A DNA stretch of 63,803 nt, the filler included, from Octopus bimaculoides (lineage: Eukaryota), in the NCBI RefSeq assembly GCF_001194135.2. It is 5 parts of 5 records of this genome, joined end to end, with 100 filler letters (N's around TTAATTAATTAA, not from the genome) between each part and the next. Parts side by side here need not be neighbours in the genome. Positions count along the whole stretch, not along the records: positions 1 to 26,967 come from NC_068988.1; positions 27,068 to 41,569 come from NC_068996.1; 3 more parts are not named here. One strand, given 5' to 3'. The stretch's first letter is position 1. The number at the start of each line of letters is the position of its first letter. The notes beneath the pieces are model-generated. The model did not search any database. It had not been told where the DNA came from and saw nothing but the letters and a program-made list of their open reading frames with translations. A program made the translations under genes and the position numbers. Shown here piece after piece: positions 22,366 through 35,480 of the stretch.

Positions 22366-22424
<59 letters not shown>

Positions 22425-22449
22425 NNNNNNNNNNGAGAGAGGAAAGAAG

Positions 22450-24130
22450 TGAGACAGCATAGCGACGGTTTTAGCTGACTGTCATCCTGTACTCCCCTTG
22501 TTGCCAGCGAAATGGTAAGTGCCGGCTGTCTGATCAACTCGTTGGATTTACCCGTATGTACGTATTGGCATGTTCCACACCTGTAACCATTCCACTTGGA
22601 TTCTGAGAATGTCTTATTCTGTTTGTTCGTGTTGAATTTTGCCTTTGTTACTAGTTTCTTTAGGTTATGTGATTACCTTTTGCTTAAGATAAAGGTTTGA
22701 TTAGTTATTATATTTTTAAATTTTTCACTTTGTTTTATGATTGGTATATTTATTTTGATGATGTTAAAAATGTTTTGGTGATGGAGATTGTATGTTACTG
22801 GAAGTGGTATTGTTTTCTGTTGATAGGTCCGTTTTTTCGTGTTGCCCTAAGTTGTTTTATATGTATCCCTTTTGCTAGTTGCATGTTGTTTTCTATAAGT
22901 AGAAGAGGGTAATTTTGCTTGAACCGAAATCCTTTGACTTCTATAATTCGTGTGTTTCCGGTATTTAGATTATATACTATAGTACAAATTTTCCTGGCTA
23001 GACAGTACGGGATGTTGCGTTTTGTGTGTTGGCCGGCATGATTTGAAATTTAGGTACTAGTGTGCATCTGTGCTTTCGTAATAAATATTAGTTGTGATTG
23101 TGGTATTTTTAATTACCATTATGACAAGAAATGGTAATTGGATTTTGCTCATTTCTCTTATGAATGTAAAACTATAGTGTAGATTGTTGAGGAAGGTACT
23201 GAATTCTACCAGATTTTCTAGGGATTTGGTCCAAATTAGGAAACAATCATCGAGATATCTTTTCCTTGTGTCTTCTATATGTGTTTTAAAGGTCGTGCCG
23301 TAGTTCTCTTCAATTTTTAAATATAGGTTTTGTTTCAAGTATCCCAATACTGAGTTCGCTAAAACTGGAGCAGATCGCGTCCCAATAGTTATGCCTCGAA
23401 TTTGGAGGTAATTTTTCCGTTGAAAAGGAATGTATTATTTCTGAGGATGAGGCTGAAGGTTTCAGTAAATTTACTGGGGATTGCCTCTCTATGTATTTTG
23501 ACCCAATATTTTGTGGCAGTAATTCCGAAATCATGTTAATGATCGTATATAATTTTGTTACATCAAAACTAACAGCGAATTGGATTCTGTTGTTTTGGGC
23601 AGATGTGACAGGAAATCGATGTCATTCCGAATGAAACTAGGTATGTAACTACATAGTGGTTTTTAAGATAATGTCAATGAGGTTGCTGAAACGATGTGTA
23701 GGACAGGCTGGACCAGTTATGATGGGTCTTAGTTTAAGGTTATTTTAGTTTAATAGTTTTATGCATTCACTAGCTTATTCCTTCATAGCGTGTTGTGTTT
23801 CTTTTGGCTTGTGTATTTTGGTTAAGCCATAGAAGTTGCTGGATTTCGATTCAAAAGAGTTGATATAGTCCTTTTTATTAGTAGCGAGGGTGTTATTATG
23901 TTTTAAGACTAAATAATTGAGTTTCATCCTGATGTAGTGGGCAATATTTGAGAGTATTTCATGGTAAAATGTATCCTTCAAATGGTTTTCAGTTAGAGCC
24001 CAGTAATATTTCGTATCGGCTATAATAATGACATCTCCTTTATCCACTTGTTTGATGACAATTGTGCTGTTATTTTTGAGACGTATAATGACAGACTTTT
24101 CTAGTTTTGAAATGTTTGGTCTGATGTTGA
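22450..24130 (-). mobile_element. Penelope-like element, degenerate (RT region running toward GIY-YIG)
   Basis: DKGDVIII, FYGLTKIHK, LRPIITGPACPTHRFSNLIDIILKP, AMGTRSAP, RYLDDCF and LPFLVIMV on the minus strand. Confidence 0.9.
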
Positions 24131-25134
24131 TATTATGCCTCAGTGGAAATCTGGTGAAAATGTCAATGAATTAGATGTGTATTTCGGAAATAACAATAAA
24201 ACCAGTTAATGATGTGGGTTAAAAATATTTTAAACATATGAATATAAAGGAATTACAGAATATTGGCACAACTGAGAGACCATGACGTTTAAGTTACATG
24301 GAGATTGGTCAAGACCGTATTCCATAAATTCGGCTCGTTGGGGCGTTCTAATAGGTACTACAGTTGTCAAGAACTCAACTGTCAGCGAAATACATTTGAA
24401 GTTCGATGATTACTACCAAAGGTATGAAAGCACTAATTGAACTTTATGAACATTACAAAATATTTTTTTAATGTTACAATACCTTAATAAAAAACAGGTG
24501 AAAACCAGACCATGTTTTAATTTTATTCAACTGATATATATANNNNNNNNNNNNNNNNNNNNNNNNNNNNNNNNNNNNNNNNNNNNNNNNNNNNNNNNNN
24601 NNNNNNNNNNNNNNNNNNNNNNNNNNNNNNNNNNNNNNNNNNNNNNNNNNNNNNNNNNNNNNNNNNNNNNNNNNNNNNNNNNNNNNNNNNNNNNNNNNNN
24701 NNNNNNNNNNNNNNNNNNNNNNNNNNNNNNNNNNNNNNNNNNNNNNNNNNNNNNNNNNNNNNNNNNNNNNNNNNNNNNNNNNNNNNNNNNNNNNNNNNNN
24801 NNNNNNNNNNNNNNNNNNNNNNNNNNNNNNNNNNNNNNNNNNNNNNNNNNNNNNNNNNNNNNNNNNNNNNNNNNNNNNNNNNNNNNNNNNNNNNNNNNNN
24901 NNNNNNNNNNNNNNNNNNNNNNNNNNNNNNNNNNNNNNNNNNNNNNNNNNNNNNNNNNNNNNNNNNNNNNNNNNNNNNNNNNNNNNNNNNNNNNNNNNNN
25001 NNNNNNNNNNNNNNNNNNNNNNNNNNNNNNNNNNNNNNNNNNNNNNNNNNNNNNNNNNNNNNNNNNNNNNNNNNNNNNNNNNNNNNNNNNNNNNNNNNNN
25101 NNNNNNNNNNNNNNNNNNNNNNNNNNNNNNNNNN

Positions 25135-26951
25135 ATTTCGGCATATCTATCGGGGATCAAAATAAACCATGGGCACCTCATTTCACCTGCAGACTCTGCA
25201 AAAGAACTCTTGAAGGTATGATGGAAAATTTTGCTTATTTGGATAGTGGAATTTTTAATTGTAAAAATTTTGGATTTTTTTTTTCGATTTATTCCTCTTT
25301 TTTAACCAGTGTTATAGAAAATATGTATACTGTATTTAATGAAAATATAATATACAAAATCAAGACCCTACAATGACTAATGTAAATACATCTGTAATTG
25401 TAAATATTTCTTTATGGTTGGAAGATGATGAATGATTTGGAAAGCAAGTGTAATATATTTGTGTTTGTATACTCATATTTTTATTCTTCTCTTTTGCAGG
25501 ATGGTACAGAGGGAAAAAGAGAGTCATGAAATTCGGAATCCCAGGAATTTGGAGAGAACCAACTGACCACTCAAACAACTGTTTCTTCTGCATGACTGAC
25601 CTTTCCAAACGTTGAGCTGGGCAAGAATGCACCTGTTACCATATGTCCAGACCTTCTGTCATCAATCACCCCAGTGCCACACTGTACTGAGCTCCCAGTA
25701 CCCACACCTCCAAAGAGAGAGAAGCCACCTCCAGAAGAGAGCACACACTCGAAGAGGCTGAAATCGTTGATCCAGATTTCAGAGGTGCAGCTAAAAAGAG
25801 GAACTCATGCTACCCCAACCAAGAAGACCTCAACGACCTTAACAGATATCTTGGTCTCACGAAGTCCAATGCTGAACTTTTGACATCGAGGCTCCGGCAG
25901 TGGAATTTGTTACATGAAGGTGTGCAAGTCACGAGTCAGAGAAGACCTTGATTAAAGCCTTGAAATATGAAGAGTACGGTTCAGATGGGTCTCCAAGGCG
26001 ACTTTACCAAGTTCTCATGTCATCGTTGCCTTTCGAACAGCAGGGCAACTGCAGAACACTACCAGAGGCGGGACTAGCCTCAGCGGACCGAATTCAGAGT
26101 AGGGGAAAAATCATCAAATGGAAGCCACTGTTGGATCCCCGGAAAGTATTGTTTCCTCCACTGCACATAAAATTGTGTTTTATGAAAGAGTTTGTTTCAG
26201 CTCTAGATCAGGAGTCTGTAGCCTTCAGATATCTTAAAGACTTTTGCCCTAAGCTGCCTGAGGCAAAAGTGAAAGCCGGTGTCTTCATCGGACCAAGAAT
26301 AAAGAAGTGCAAGGAATTCCCCAAGAAGTTCACTGAGACGGAGGAATCAGCATGGAATAGCCTTGTTGCAGTGGTTCGAGGGTTCCTGGGAAATCACAAA
26401 GCCATAAACTATGTAGAGCTTGTTGAGACGCTGGTGAAAAACTACGGCAAAATGGGCTGCAGGATATCCCTCACAGTCCACATCCTTGACGCTCATCATG
26501 ATAAATTTAAGAACATGGGAGCGTATTCGGAGGGTCAAAGAAAGCGATTCCACCAAGATATAATGGACTTTAACGCCGTTACCAAGGATCGTATAACGAA
26601 AGCATGAAGGGAGACTACATTTGGCCACTTATTCGTAAAAGTAATTTACAGTATAAGCGTAAATCGCGAAAAAGTACTCGCTTCTAAATATTTTGCGGTG
26701 TTTTTTCTACAATCCATGAATAAATACATGCCACTTTTGCATTATATGTCGCTTTGTTCCTACCTTGTATGAATGAGAATGTTCACATTTGCTGGTTTTC
26801 CCAATGGTATTAGTTAAACTTAAGACGCATCTTTATCCTGGCCACAAAAACAAAGTTTGAAGTAAATAATAGCCATTATTCATACTTTCTACATCTAACT
26901 AAATAGGAAAGAGCATTTGTTTCCTATACACAAAAATTGTGTTATATAGTG
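25135..26951 (+). mobile_element. Chapaev3-type (CMC superfamily) DNA transposon relic with a GT-AG intron at 25216-25499; left end is in the gap
   Basis: FGISIGDQNKPWAPHFTCRLC, IWREPTDHSNNCFFC, PPLHIKLCFMKEFV, ISLTVHILDAH and RFHQDI. Right terminus ...gttatatagtg fits CAC...GTG ends. Confidence 0.88.
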
Positions 26952-26967
26952 AGTCAACGTGGCCCTG

Positions 26968-27067
26968 NNNNNNNNNNNNNNNNNNNNNNNNNNNNNNNNN
27001 NNNNNNNNNNNTTAATTAATTAANNNNNNNNNNNNNNNNNNNNNNNNNNNNNNNNNNNNNNNNNNNN
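26968..27067. other. Artificial 100-bp scaffold spacer (44 N + ttaattaattaa + 44 N); same marker at about 41570-41669, 50986-51084 and 61752-61851
   Basis: An identical 12-mer sits centred in near-identical N runs four times. Confidence 0.95.
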
Positions 27068-27107
<40 letters not shown>

Positions 27108-27259
27108 ATATACGTACATACGTATATACATACATTCATACATATATACATACATACATATATACATGCATACATACATTCATACATACATGCATACATA
27201 AAAACACATACACATATTGTTATACTTAGGGATGGTTATCTTTTGCCAACATTTTGCCA

Positions 27260-27314
<55 letters not shown>

Positions 27315-27315
<1 letters not shown>

Positions 27316-27535
27316 GGCGGCGAGCTGGCAGAATCGTTAGCATGCTGGATGGAATACTTAGCAGTTTTTCACCCGTCGTTACGTTCTGAGTTCAAATTCT
27401 GCCGAGGTTGACTTTGCCTTTCATCCTTTCGGGGTCAATAAAATAAATACCAGTTGAAGACTGGGGTCAATGTAATCGACTCAATCCCTCCCCCAAAATT
27501 GCTACCCTTGTAGTAAAGTTTGAAACCATTATTAT
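27315..27535 (+). mobile_element. tRNA-derived SINE inserted in (TTA)n
   Basis: Full head, body and tail with (TTA)n on both sides. Confidence 0.9.
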
Positions 27536-27599
27536 TATTATTGTTCATCTATCGACATCGCTCCGTAAGTTTTGTTGTTATTCATATTGTTACACATTG

Positions 27600-28900
27600 T
27601 TATACATTGTACATTTGTTATTGCTACGTAGTTAAACAAAATGGAACCTTGGGGAGCAGATTAATTCTTCTCCATCTGTAGCCCTTAGGGGTTATTCTGG
27701 TGTTTGTTTGAGCTAAGACGCGCCTAATTTTTTGCTAAAATCAAAGATGGCGAACAAAAATTGTCCGTCCGCTGAAAGGAACAGCCGATTGTTTGGAAGA
27801 GATAACAGCCAAGTCATGAAAGTCAGTGACTGCTATAGCAGCAGCAGCAGCAGCAACAACTACAACAACAACAACAACAAAAATTGCGCATCTGAAACAT
27901 ATGAAAATGAATTTCCGTTGCTTCTGTCCTCCCCTTCACCGTTACAGGAATAAAAGAAAACTACAAAAAGCATCAACATAAGCGAGAGCGCTGCCATCTC
28001 CACCGGCACCCCCGACGTCAATAGCCACCGCCACCAATATAACGAAAAGACAACGAAATCGAGACAAACAAATCCAGTCGAAGCAGTTTCGACTTTGCAC
28101 AAGAGACCCGACAAGTAAGTGAAGACATTTTCTTAGACGAAAATGAGTTTAAGAATGCTAAATGTATGTTGCAGAAATGTGGAACTAAACATTGCTAGAA
28201 CTGTACAGCAAGATATGTAATTTGCGGACAGTTCTATAGAAAATAATTGGAGAGAAAAGTAGGAAAGTAGAGTAGGCAAGGTTGTAACAATTAGAGAAGT
28301 CTCTAAAACTAGTTTGGAAAAGCATAACCTATGAAGTTAGGAGCAAGAAACATCGTTGAGGTGACGTTCGCCTCAGAGGAGGAGACAAAAAAATCACTCG
28401 ACAGCTACTCTAACGAGTGGCGAAATCATTCTCATTCCCATCTACCTTGGTCGAGGAGTGTTCAGAATTAGAATAATCAATTTCCCACCAGTGATTAGCA
28501 TTTGTTGGTTAGTGGCTGCAATTCTCCTCGGCATAGAAGAGAAAACCAGGATTCTGCGAATACAGAAGATTCACAAGCAGAACTGGTTAGGACAAGGGAT
28601 GCAGCTTCTACTACAAGCTGACTAGCTGTGCGTGGAGACTGTCACGGATTACATAAGCCTACTTTGTGGCACAAAATTTCACGTAGCCGTCGAGGGCAGA
28701 GAGCCAAGATGTCACCTGTGCAAGGACACAAACCATCTAAAGGCTTTCTTCCCACAACAAAAAGAGAAGGGAGATCCGCACTTTTGCGACACCAATAAAA
28801 AAATATGGCAAGAGTGATGACGGTGAGGAGATGCCATTAAAGACAAACACACCTCTCCCAACAGCAGTTACACCAGCTCCATCAGCTACAAAAATGGTTT
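27600..28900 (+). mobile_element. Tx1/L1-clade LINE 5' end: 5' UTR and degenerate ORF1 (from ATG 27747) with zinc knuckle
   Basis: MANKNCPS..., IILIPIYLGRGVFRIRIINFPP, and VAVEGREPRCHLCKDTNHLKAF (CCHC knuckle with the last Cys mutated). Confidence 0.75.
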
Positions 28901-29059
28901 CTTTCAGTTGCCATCTACCAAATCCATTCACAAAAGAGTGGTCAGTCCGGGTCTATAGTAGAAAAGACTTATCCAAGGTCCCACCCGGAGTCACGTGGTT
29001 GAGAAACAAACTTCTTACAGCCTAGTTCTGTCTGGACCTATTATTCCAAACAATAATCG

Positions 29060-29260
29060 CTTCAAATTTTGGCAGAAGGGCAGCAATGTTAGGAGAATGC
29101 ATGTCAGTCAATTACATCGCCCCAGTTTGATACTTTATTTCATTCACACTGGAAGCATGGAAGAAAAAGTCAACCTTGGCGGAATTTGAACTCAAACCGT
29201 GAAGACGGACAAAATACCTCTAAGCATTTGTCCGGCGTGCTAACAATTCTACCAGCTCGT
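29060..29260 (-). mobile_element. tRNA-derived SINE
   Basis: Reverse complement begins gagctggtagaattgttagcacgccgg, with B-box gagttcaaattcc. Confidence 0.8.
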
Positions 29261-29265
29261 GATCT

Positions 29266-29371
<106 letters not shown>

Positions 29372-30047
29372 NNNNNNNNNNNNNNNNNNNNNNNNNNNNN
29401 NNNNNNNNNNNNNNNNNNNNNNNNNNNNNNNNNNNNNNNNNNNNNNNNNNNNNNNNNNNNNNNNNNNNNNNNNNNNNNNNNNNNNNNNNNNNNNNNNNNN
29501 NNNNNNNNNNNNNNNNNNNNNNNNNNNNNNNNNNNNNNNNNNNNNNNNNNNNNNNNNNNNNNNNNNNNNNNNNNNNNNNNNNNNNNNNNNNNNNNNNNNN
29601 NNNNNNNNNNNNNNNNNNNNNNNNNNNNNNNNNNNNNNNNNNNNNNNNNNNNNNNNNNNNNNNNNNNNNNNNNNNNNNNNNNNNNNNNNNNNNNNNNNNN
29701 NNNNNNNNNNNNNNNNNNNNNNNNNNNNNNNNNNNNNNNNNNNNNNNNNNNNNNNNNNNNNNNNNNNNNNNNNNNNNNNNNNNNNNNNNNNNNNNNNNNN
29801 NNNNNNNNNNNNNNNNNNNNNNNNNNNNNNNNNNNNNNNNNNNNNNNNNNNNNNNNNNNNNNNNNNNNNNNNNNNNNNNNNNNNNNNNNNNNNNNNNNNN
29901 NNNNNNNNNNNNNNNNNNNNNNNNNNNNNNNNNNNNNNNNNNNNNNNNNNNNNNNNNNNNNNNNNNNNNNNNNNNNNNNNNNNNNNNNNNNNNNNNNNNN
30001 NNNNNNNNNNNNNNNNNNNNNNNNNNNNNNNNNNNNNNNNNNNNNNG

Positions 30048-30269
30048 GTATAATAAAAAAATATTCAGACAAATACATAACAAAAACACCAGGACTTACA
30101 AATATATATAACATACAGAAAATTGCACTACTGGGTACTGCACACATTCTACGCAAAACACTTTCAATACAGTAAACATAAGAGCACCACAGCAAACCAC
30201 AGCACATACCCAAGGCGCACAGAGCTGCGCTCGGTAGTGAAGTGAAAGCACGTTATAAAAATAAAACTA

Positions 30270-30275
<6 letters not shown>
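30048..30275 (+). mobile_element. 3' end of a second R4/Dong-clade element followed by (TAA)n
   Basis: IQKIALLGTAHILRKTLSIQ* resembles QQKSALLGNARIFRRVL at the end of the 10175-13072 element. A 3' UTR follows, then (TAA)n at 30273-30306. Confidence 0.85.
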
Positions 30276-30306
<31 letters not shown>

Positions 30307-30384
30307 TGCCCTGACGCAGTACCAGGCAGTGGCTCTCATGGCTTCTGAACTTAACTGATTGCAGACTCGTTAGATACTTGACAA

Positions 30385-31340
30385 TTCAACGTAATTCAAT
30401 GGAAACTTACGATGAGACAGGTATTTTGTATTTCGTTTGGAAATTATTCGCTTCAAGATGCACCTCGTTCTGTCAGGCCACCTGAGATTAACAGCTGCGC
30501 CAACCTCGTCATATGGCCAGGGTGATCGCAGAATATTCCCCCAAATATCCAAATCGAGTGTTGAAAACCATCTGCATCACCGAGCTCGATGTTAGGTTTT
30601 ACATCAATTGAATAAGGCTAACGTCACCTGGCAGATTTCCATCTGCGATTCGTGGTTGAAACGTGAAGAAAATGGTGACAGGGGGACAAAATAAAATGGA
30701 TCGTCCAAAGAAAATGGTGACGGGATAAAATAAAATGGATCGTGTATGACAATGTGAAGAGCAAACGGTCATAGGGAAAGCACGGTGAACCACCGCAAAC
30801 AATCTCCAAAACAGGACTTCATTCGGAGAAAATTATCTTTTCAACATGGTGGGAATGGAAGGGTGTTGTCTTTTACGAGCTTCTTCTCACGTACATGACT
30901 ATCAATTCGGATGTGTATAGTGACCAGCTGGACAACACAGCAACCCATTAGAAATGTCCAGCACTTGCTAATCGTAAGAACATTTTCTTTTATTATGACC
31001 ATGGTAGATCGCACCCTTCTTTGCAGACGCGGTAGAGATTACTGTGGCTTGACTGGAAAATTTTCCCGCACCTTGCGCCTCCAGATTTTCATTTGTTTCG
31101 GACTCTTAAAAATTCATTGAATGGACACACCTTCAACTTTTAAGAGGATGTAAAAATTTACCCGGAGAATGTTTTCACTAGTAAAGACAGGTAATTCGTT
31201 GAGAAAGGATTTATGGATCTGCCTACAAGATGGCAGAATATACTGGAAAGAAATGGTAATTATATCATTGATTGAACAAATGGCGTTATGTTTAAAGTTT
31301 GCATCTTATTTTTGCTTAAAAAAATCAATAGACCCAATAC
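30385..31340 (+). mobile_element. Mariner (mellifera/Hsmar1-like) transposase relic with right TIR
   Basis: SLQDAPRS, MVTGD..KWIVYDNVK, TWWEWKGVVFYELL, APPDFHLFRTL and LPTRWQNILERNGNYIID*. Confidence 0.85.
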
Positions 31341-32099
31341 ATCCCTGATGAACCGTGCAAATAACACAGAATGTTTCTATAGGTAGTCATTCACCTTAAC
31401 CATAGAGCAGATGTCGCTTTGAACTCGAGGCTGAAACCGGAAACTGTCAAGTATTGATGATTGATTATATCGAAAGCTTTCAAATGAACTGTACTGACCG
31501 TCTCTTCGCTTTGCTTAAAATCTTGAGATCTTCATGTTGTGAGGTTATGGAGCCTATTTAAACAATTCCGAACACACTGATCTGGTATTTTCTCAGCATT
31601 GCAATCGATTCTTGACTCACAGACCTGTGTAGGCATCTACCTAAAGGACGTCATTCTAGCGTATGAACATAACTTATTCGCTAAACCAGTATCTGTAGTC
31701 TTTGCACGGGTTAACAGAGCACCAGCTTTCTGTGACTGCCTAGGATGTCTATGACCACCGACCTTTTGTATGGGTCCGAAAACATTGTTCGTACATCGAG
31801 GTCTAAGAATTTCCGGGATAGGATAATACTGTCCCTCGGTGTCCGATCACAACAGGCTGCGTGAAAAGTATACCTCGTAATCATTGGAAAGTACGTGCTT
31901 TCCAGATGTCTTAATCTTACTAATGGCTAACACATCCATTTCTAGTGATCTGATAGTGATGAGCAAGCAATATTGTTGAGAATGTTGCTGTTAGAATTGT
32001 AGTTAACCTTGGTGATGTTATAGTTATTGTTGCTGCCAAGAAGTCTAGGTTAGCGCAGCTCTCCGATCCTTTCTCTTCAGTCCACCGGCGTCGGCTTAG

Positions 32100-32250
32100 A
32101 CTTGGCCCACTAACTCGACTGATCAGTTGTTTTATAGACCTCGAAGGAATAACACTTTTGACCTCAGCGGAATTTGAACTCATGAGCCGCGACAATGAAC
32201 CGGAACAAAACACTTTTTTCCGATGCCCTACCGATTCTGCCAATCCATCG
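32100..32250 (-). mobile_element. Diverged tRNA-derived SINE
   Basis: Plus-strand gacctcagcggaatttgaactc and gattctgccaat match the reverse complement of the SINE head. Confidence 0.65.
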
Positions 32251-32454
32251 CACTAGAAGCAGCAGCAGCCGCAGAAGTAACAACAACAAAAGCAACGCTG
32301 ACGACGACGACGACAATGATGATAATTTATTTTATTGCTACGAGGGTGACGATGGAGATCATTGCAGTTGAGTTTATGATAATGAGATGACAACAAAGAC
32401 AACAACAACAATAATAATAATGGTAGTAGTAGTAGTAGTAGTAGTAATAATAAA

Positions 32455-32501
<47 letters not shown>

Positions 32502-33308
32502 AAGAGAGAGAGAGAAAGAGAGAGAGAGAGGTGAGAGAGAGAGATAGAGAGAGGGATGAAACAGAAAAGTGACTAGGAAAAATTATAATGCAAAATAAGA
32601 AACAGATTGTAGTCGTTAGTGTCATATTTTTGTTGTCGTTTTCAGCCCCAGGACACTTCTGACTAAACAAACCTTTGATCGAAAGCGTTCCAGTCATGAC
32701 TGTCCAGTTTTCCGCTTTGGTATTGTGTATGGAGGATTAACAAACCCAACGTATCTTTCCATTTAGGGAAGAAGATCTGTCGCTCGTTGTTGTTGTTGTT
32801 CTTGCTGATATTCACGTTATTCGTATTGTTTTTGTTGTTGTTGTTAATGTAATTAAAGTAAGGAGATGGTAAGATATAGGTGATATACAATCACGTAGCT
32901 GTTGAGATATGAGTACTTAGTGGGTAGGATGCCTTTTTTATTGAGTGTATATATATATGTAAGTATGTATATATATATGTAAGTATGTATATANNNNNNN
33001 NNNNNNNNNNNNNNNNNNNNNNNNNNNNNNNNNNNAGAGAGAGATGTGCTTGTATGCGTACACACACACATATATGTACTTATATACAGATAAACGCTTA
33101 CACATATACACGCATATGCACACTCACATTTACATATGAATACATACATACATACATACGTACGTACACACACACACATAAACCTGCGCGATAATGCACA
33201 CGCATATGTACATAAATACATACGTGTACGCGCGCACACACACACAAACATACAAAGACACCCACCCACACACACTCACACACTAACACACGACTTGGTT
33301 AATGTCAA

Positions 33309-33470
33309 TTACGAACAGGGATCGTATTTCTGCGAAATGTCTGCCATCCAATTGGTCAATTGCTCCACAAAGAAATTTGTCGACTGAAGCAACGTGAATA
33401 ATAGCCATGAAAACATAAACACCACGACTGACCCGAACAAGGGGCGGAGATGGGGTTCACAGAACGGAAA
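33309..33470 (-). other. Unique GC-enriched island: candidate terminal exon (FPFCEPHLRPLFGSVVVFMFSWLLFTLLQSTNFFVEQLTNWMADISQKYDPCS*) or regulatory element
   Basis: Acceptor tattgtgcttattttag| followed by 53 open codons with a TM-like stretch. Also contains a GC box (33441-33449) and CCAATTGG (33348-33355). No homolog recognised. Confidence 0.25.
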
Positions 33471-33529
33471 CTAAAATAAGCACAATAGCAACTGTAACAA
33501 CAATACTAAAAAACAATACTGATGGCAAG

Positions 33530-33546
33530 ACAGCAGCAGCAGCAGA

Positions 33547-33601
<55 letters not shown>

Positions 33602-33658
33602 GCAGGATATAAATAAAGAGAAATAGATGCAAACTATAGTAACGGTAAGTATACAGAG

Positions 33659-33742
<84 letters not shown>

Positions 33743-33750
33743 ATAGTAGT
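33530..33750. repeat. (CAG)n and (TAG)n microsatellites
   Basis: Direct inspection. Confidence 0.95.
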
Positions 33751-34829
33751 AATACTAGTAATGGCTACTGCCGTTGTTATTGTAGTGATGGGTTGTTGTA
33801 GTGCATATAACAGTGGTGGTGTTCATAGAAGTGTTAGCGAGTCCGATGGTCGTGACGGTGTGTGTTTTGAAGCTCGTGGTAGCAGTTTGTAGTGTTGTTG
33901 ATAGTGGTGGGTGGGGTTATTGATTTTGGTGTGCATATATGCTTCGATGGAGTAGGTGGTGCCGGTGTTGGTGTCGGTGTCGATGTTGATGACGGTTTAA
34001 CAGCAGCAGCTAAAACAGAAAAGAACAAGGGATAAGAAATGGGACATACAACAATGGGTGCGGGGACGTAAATCAACAAGGTAACGACAATAATATTATA
34101 AAACAACAACAGCTCAAAACAACAATGGCTCAACCTGTCGGCCATTTTTCAGAGAGCTCTCTCTATACAGAAATCACCTCGTTGTTTTCTCCATGAAATA
34201 AGGTGGAAATTATTCTGCACATCATTTACAAAGGATCAATACTCTAAGCAACATAATCCCCATCTTTTCATCAACAGTTTCACCAAGACATTTCATTCTG
34301 TGTTAAGTAAAGAGCTTAAATTTATTATTGTTGTAATATATACATATACATACACACACACGCACACACATACACACATATTCACGCGCACACATATATA
34401 TGTATGGCTGTACTGTGTATATATATAGACATACATGTCTGTACACGGACAGACACATGCAAGTACACACCAACACACACACACACCAGCACACACGCAC
34501 GTACACACATAAGTTCCCATGATATATGTCTTGCAGATTCTTTGAGTTATCTAAGACTGTGACTTAAGATTCTGTCTTAGGGTACAGACAGAATAAAGCC
34601 GAAGATTTAAAAAAAAAAGACGATTTAATGGTTTTGTCTGGAAGAAATGACTTTGTTCTCCACGTTCTCCGAGGTATCTCTGAGAAAGAGATCAACTTGA
34701 TTAACATTCCATTTGAATATTTACAAGTCAACAGCCACAAAGAAAGAAAAATATACATAGGAAGGGTTATTTAAAGGACCGACATTCTGAGGAGGATGAA
34801 ATGAGACTAGTCTTTTGCTGAATCGTTAA

Positions 34830-35150
34830 TGTAAGGAGGTGTAAACGCACCAAATTCAGTTGTCAAGCGGTGTGGGGGACAATCACAAAAACAGACAGAA
34901 GCACACACGCACGCACGCACGCACGCACGCACNNNNNNNNNNCCATGTGCACAGACACACACGCACGCACACACACACACACACACACACATGTACGACT
35001 AGCTTCTTTCAGTTTCTGACTACCAAATTCATTGACAGGGCTTTGGTCGGCCCGAGGCTAAAGCAGAATATACTTGCCCAAGGTGCCATGCCGTTGGACT
35101 GAACCCGGCACCATGTGGTTGGGAAGCAAGTTTCTCACCACACAACTGAA
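34830..35150 (-). mobile_element. tRNA/CORE-type SINE carrying an internal (TG)n-like microsatellite
   Basis: Reverse complement has B-box ggttcagtcc, CORE-like accttgggcaagt, and an internal dinucleotide tract. Same family at 46700-47200, 47860-48400 and 61957-62180. Confidence 0.85.
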
Positions 35151-35234
35151 AATATTTTCCAGGGAACTCATTTCTTCTTCGTACTTTAGCACAAATTACT
35201 AGATGTGACCATTTGACAATTCTTATTTTTAACA

Positions 35235-35480
35235 ATACATGGAAAGTGAAACTTAAAGTTCAGTGACAGTAGGTTTAAGTAACATTGATTTTTCTGTTTC
35301 TCTGTCTATCCTTTCCACCAATACAACAAAGAAGGGTAGTTCGTTGTTGATTCTCTTCAGTAACGTAAACTGGAGTGAAATTTGTTGTAAGTTCAGATTG
35401 AATGTCCTTTTAGTTTCGTTAGATTACCAGTTGTCATCCTCCTGTTTTGTTCAAGCTACAAGTTCTGTGCTGTAATTTGT
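35235..35480 (-). mobile_element. Penelope RT C-terminal fragment
   Basis: LQFTLLKRINNELPFFVVLVER...KPTVTE matches the Penelope LQFT.E.E.NN.LPFLDVLV...KPT motif. Confidence 0.6.

Noticed and set aside
27012-27023. Recurrent ttaattaattaa motif as a biological element
   Set aside because: Always centred in fixed-length N runs: an assembly spacer.
33834-34145. 103-aa ORF with a hydrophobic stretch and a Pro/Thr-rich region
   Set aside because: It lies in low-complexity, microsatellite-derived GT-rich DNA that readily yields such peptides. No promoter or splice support.
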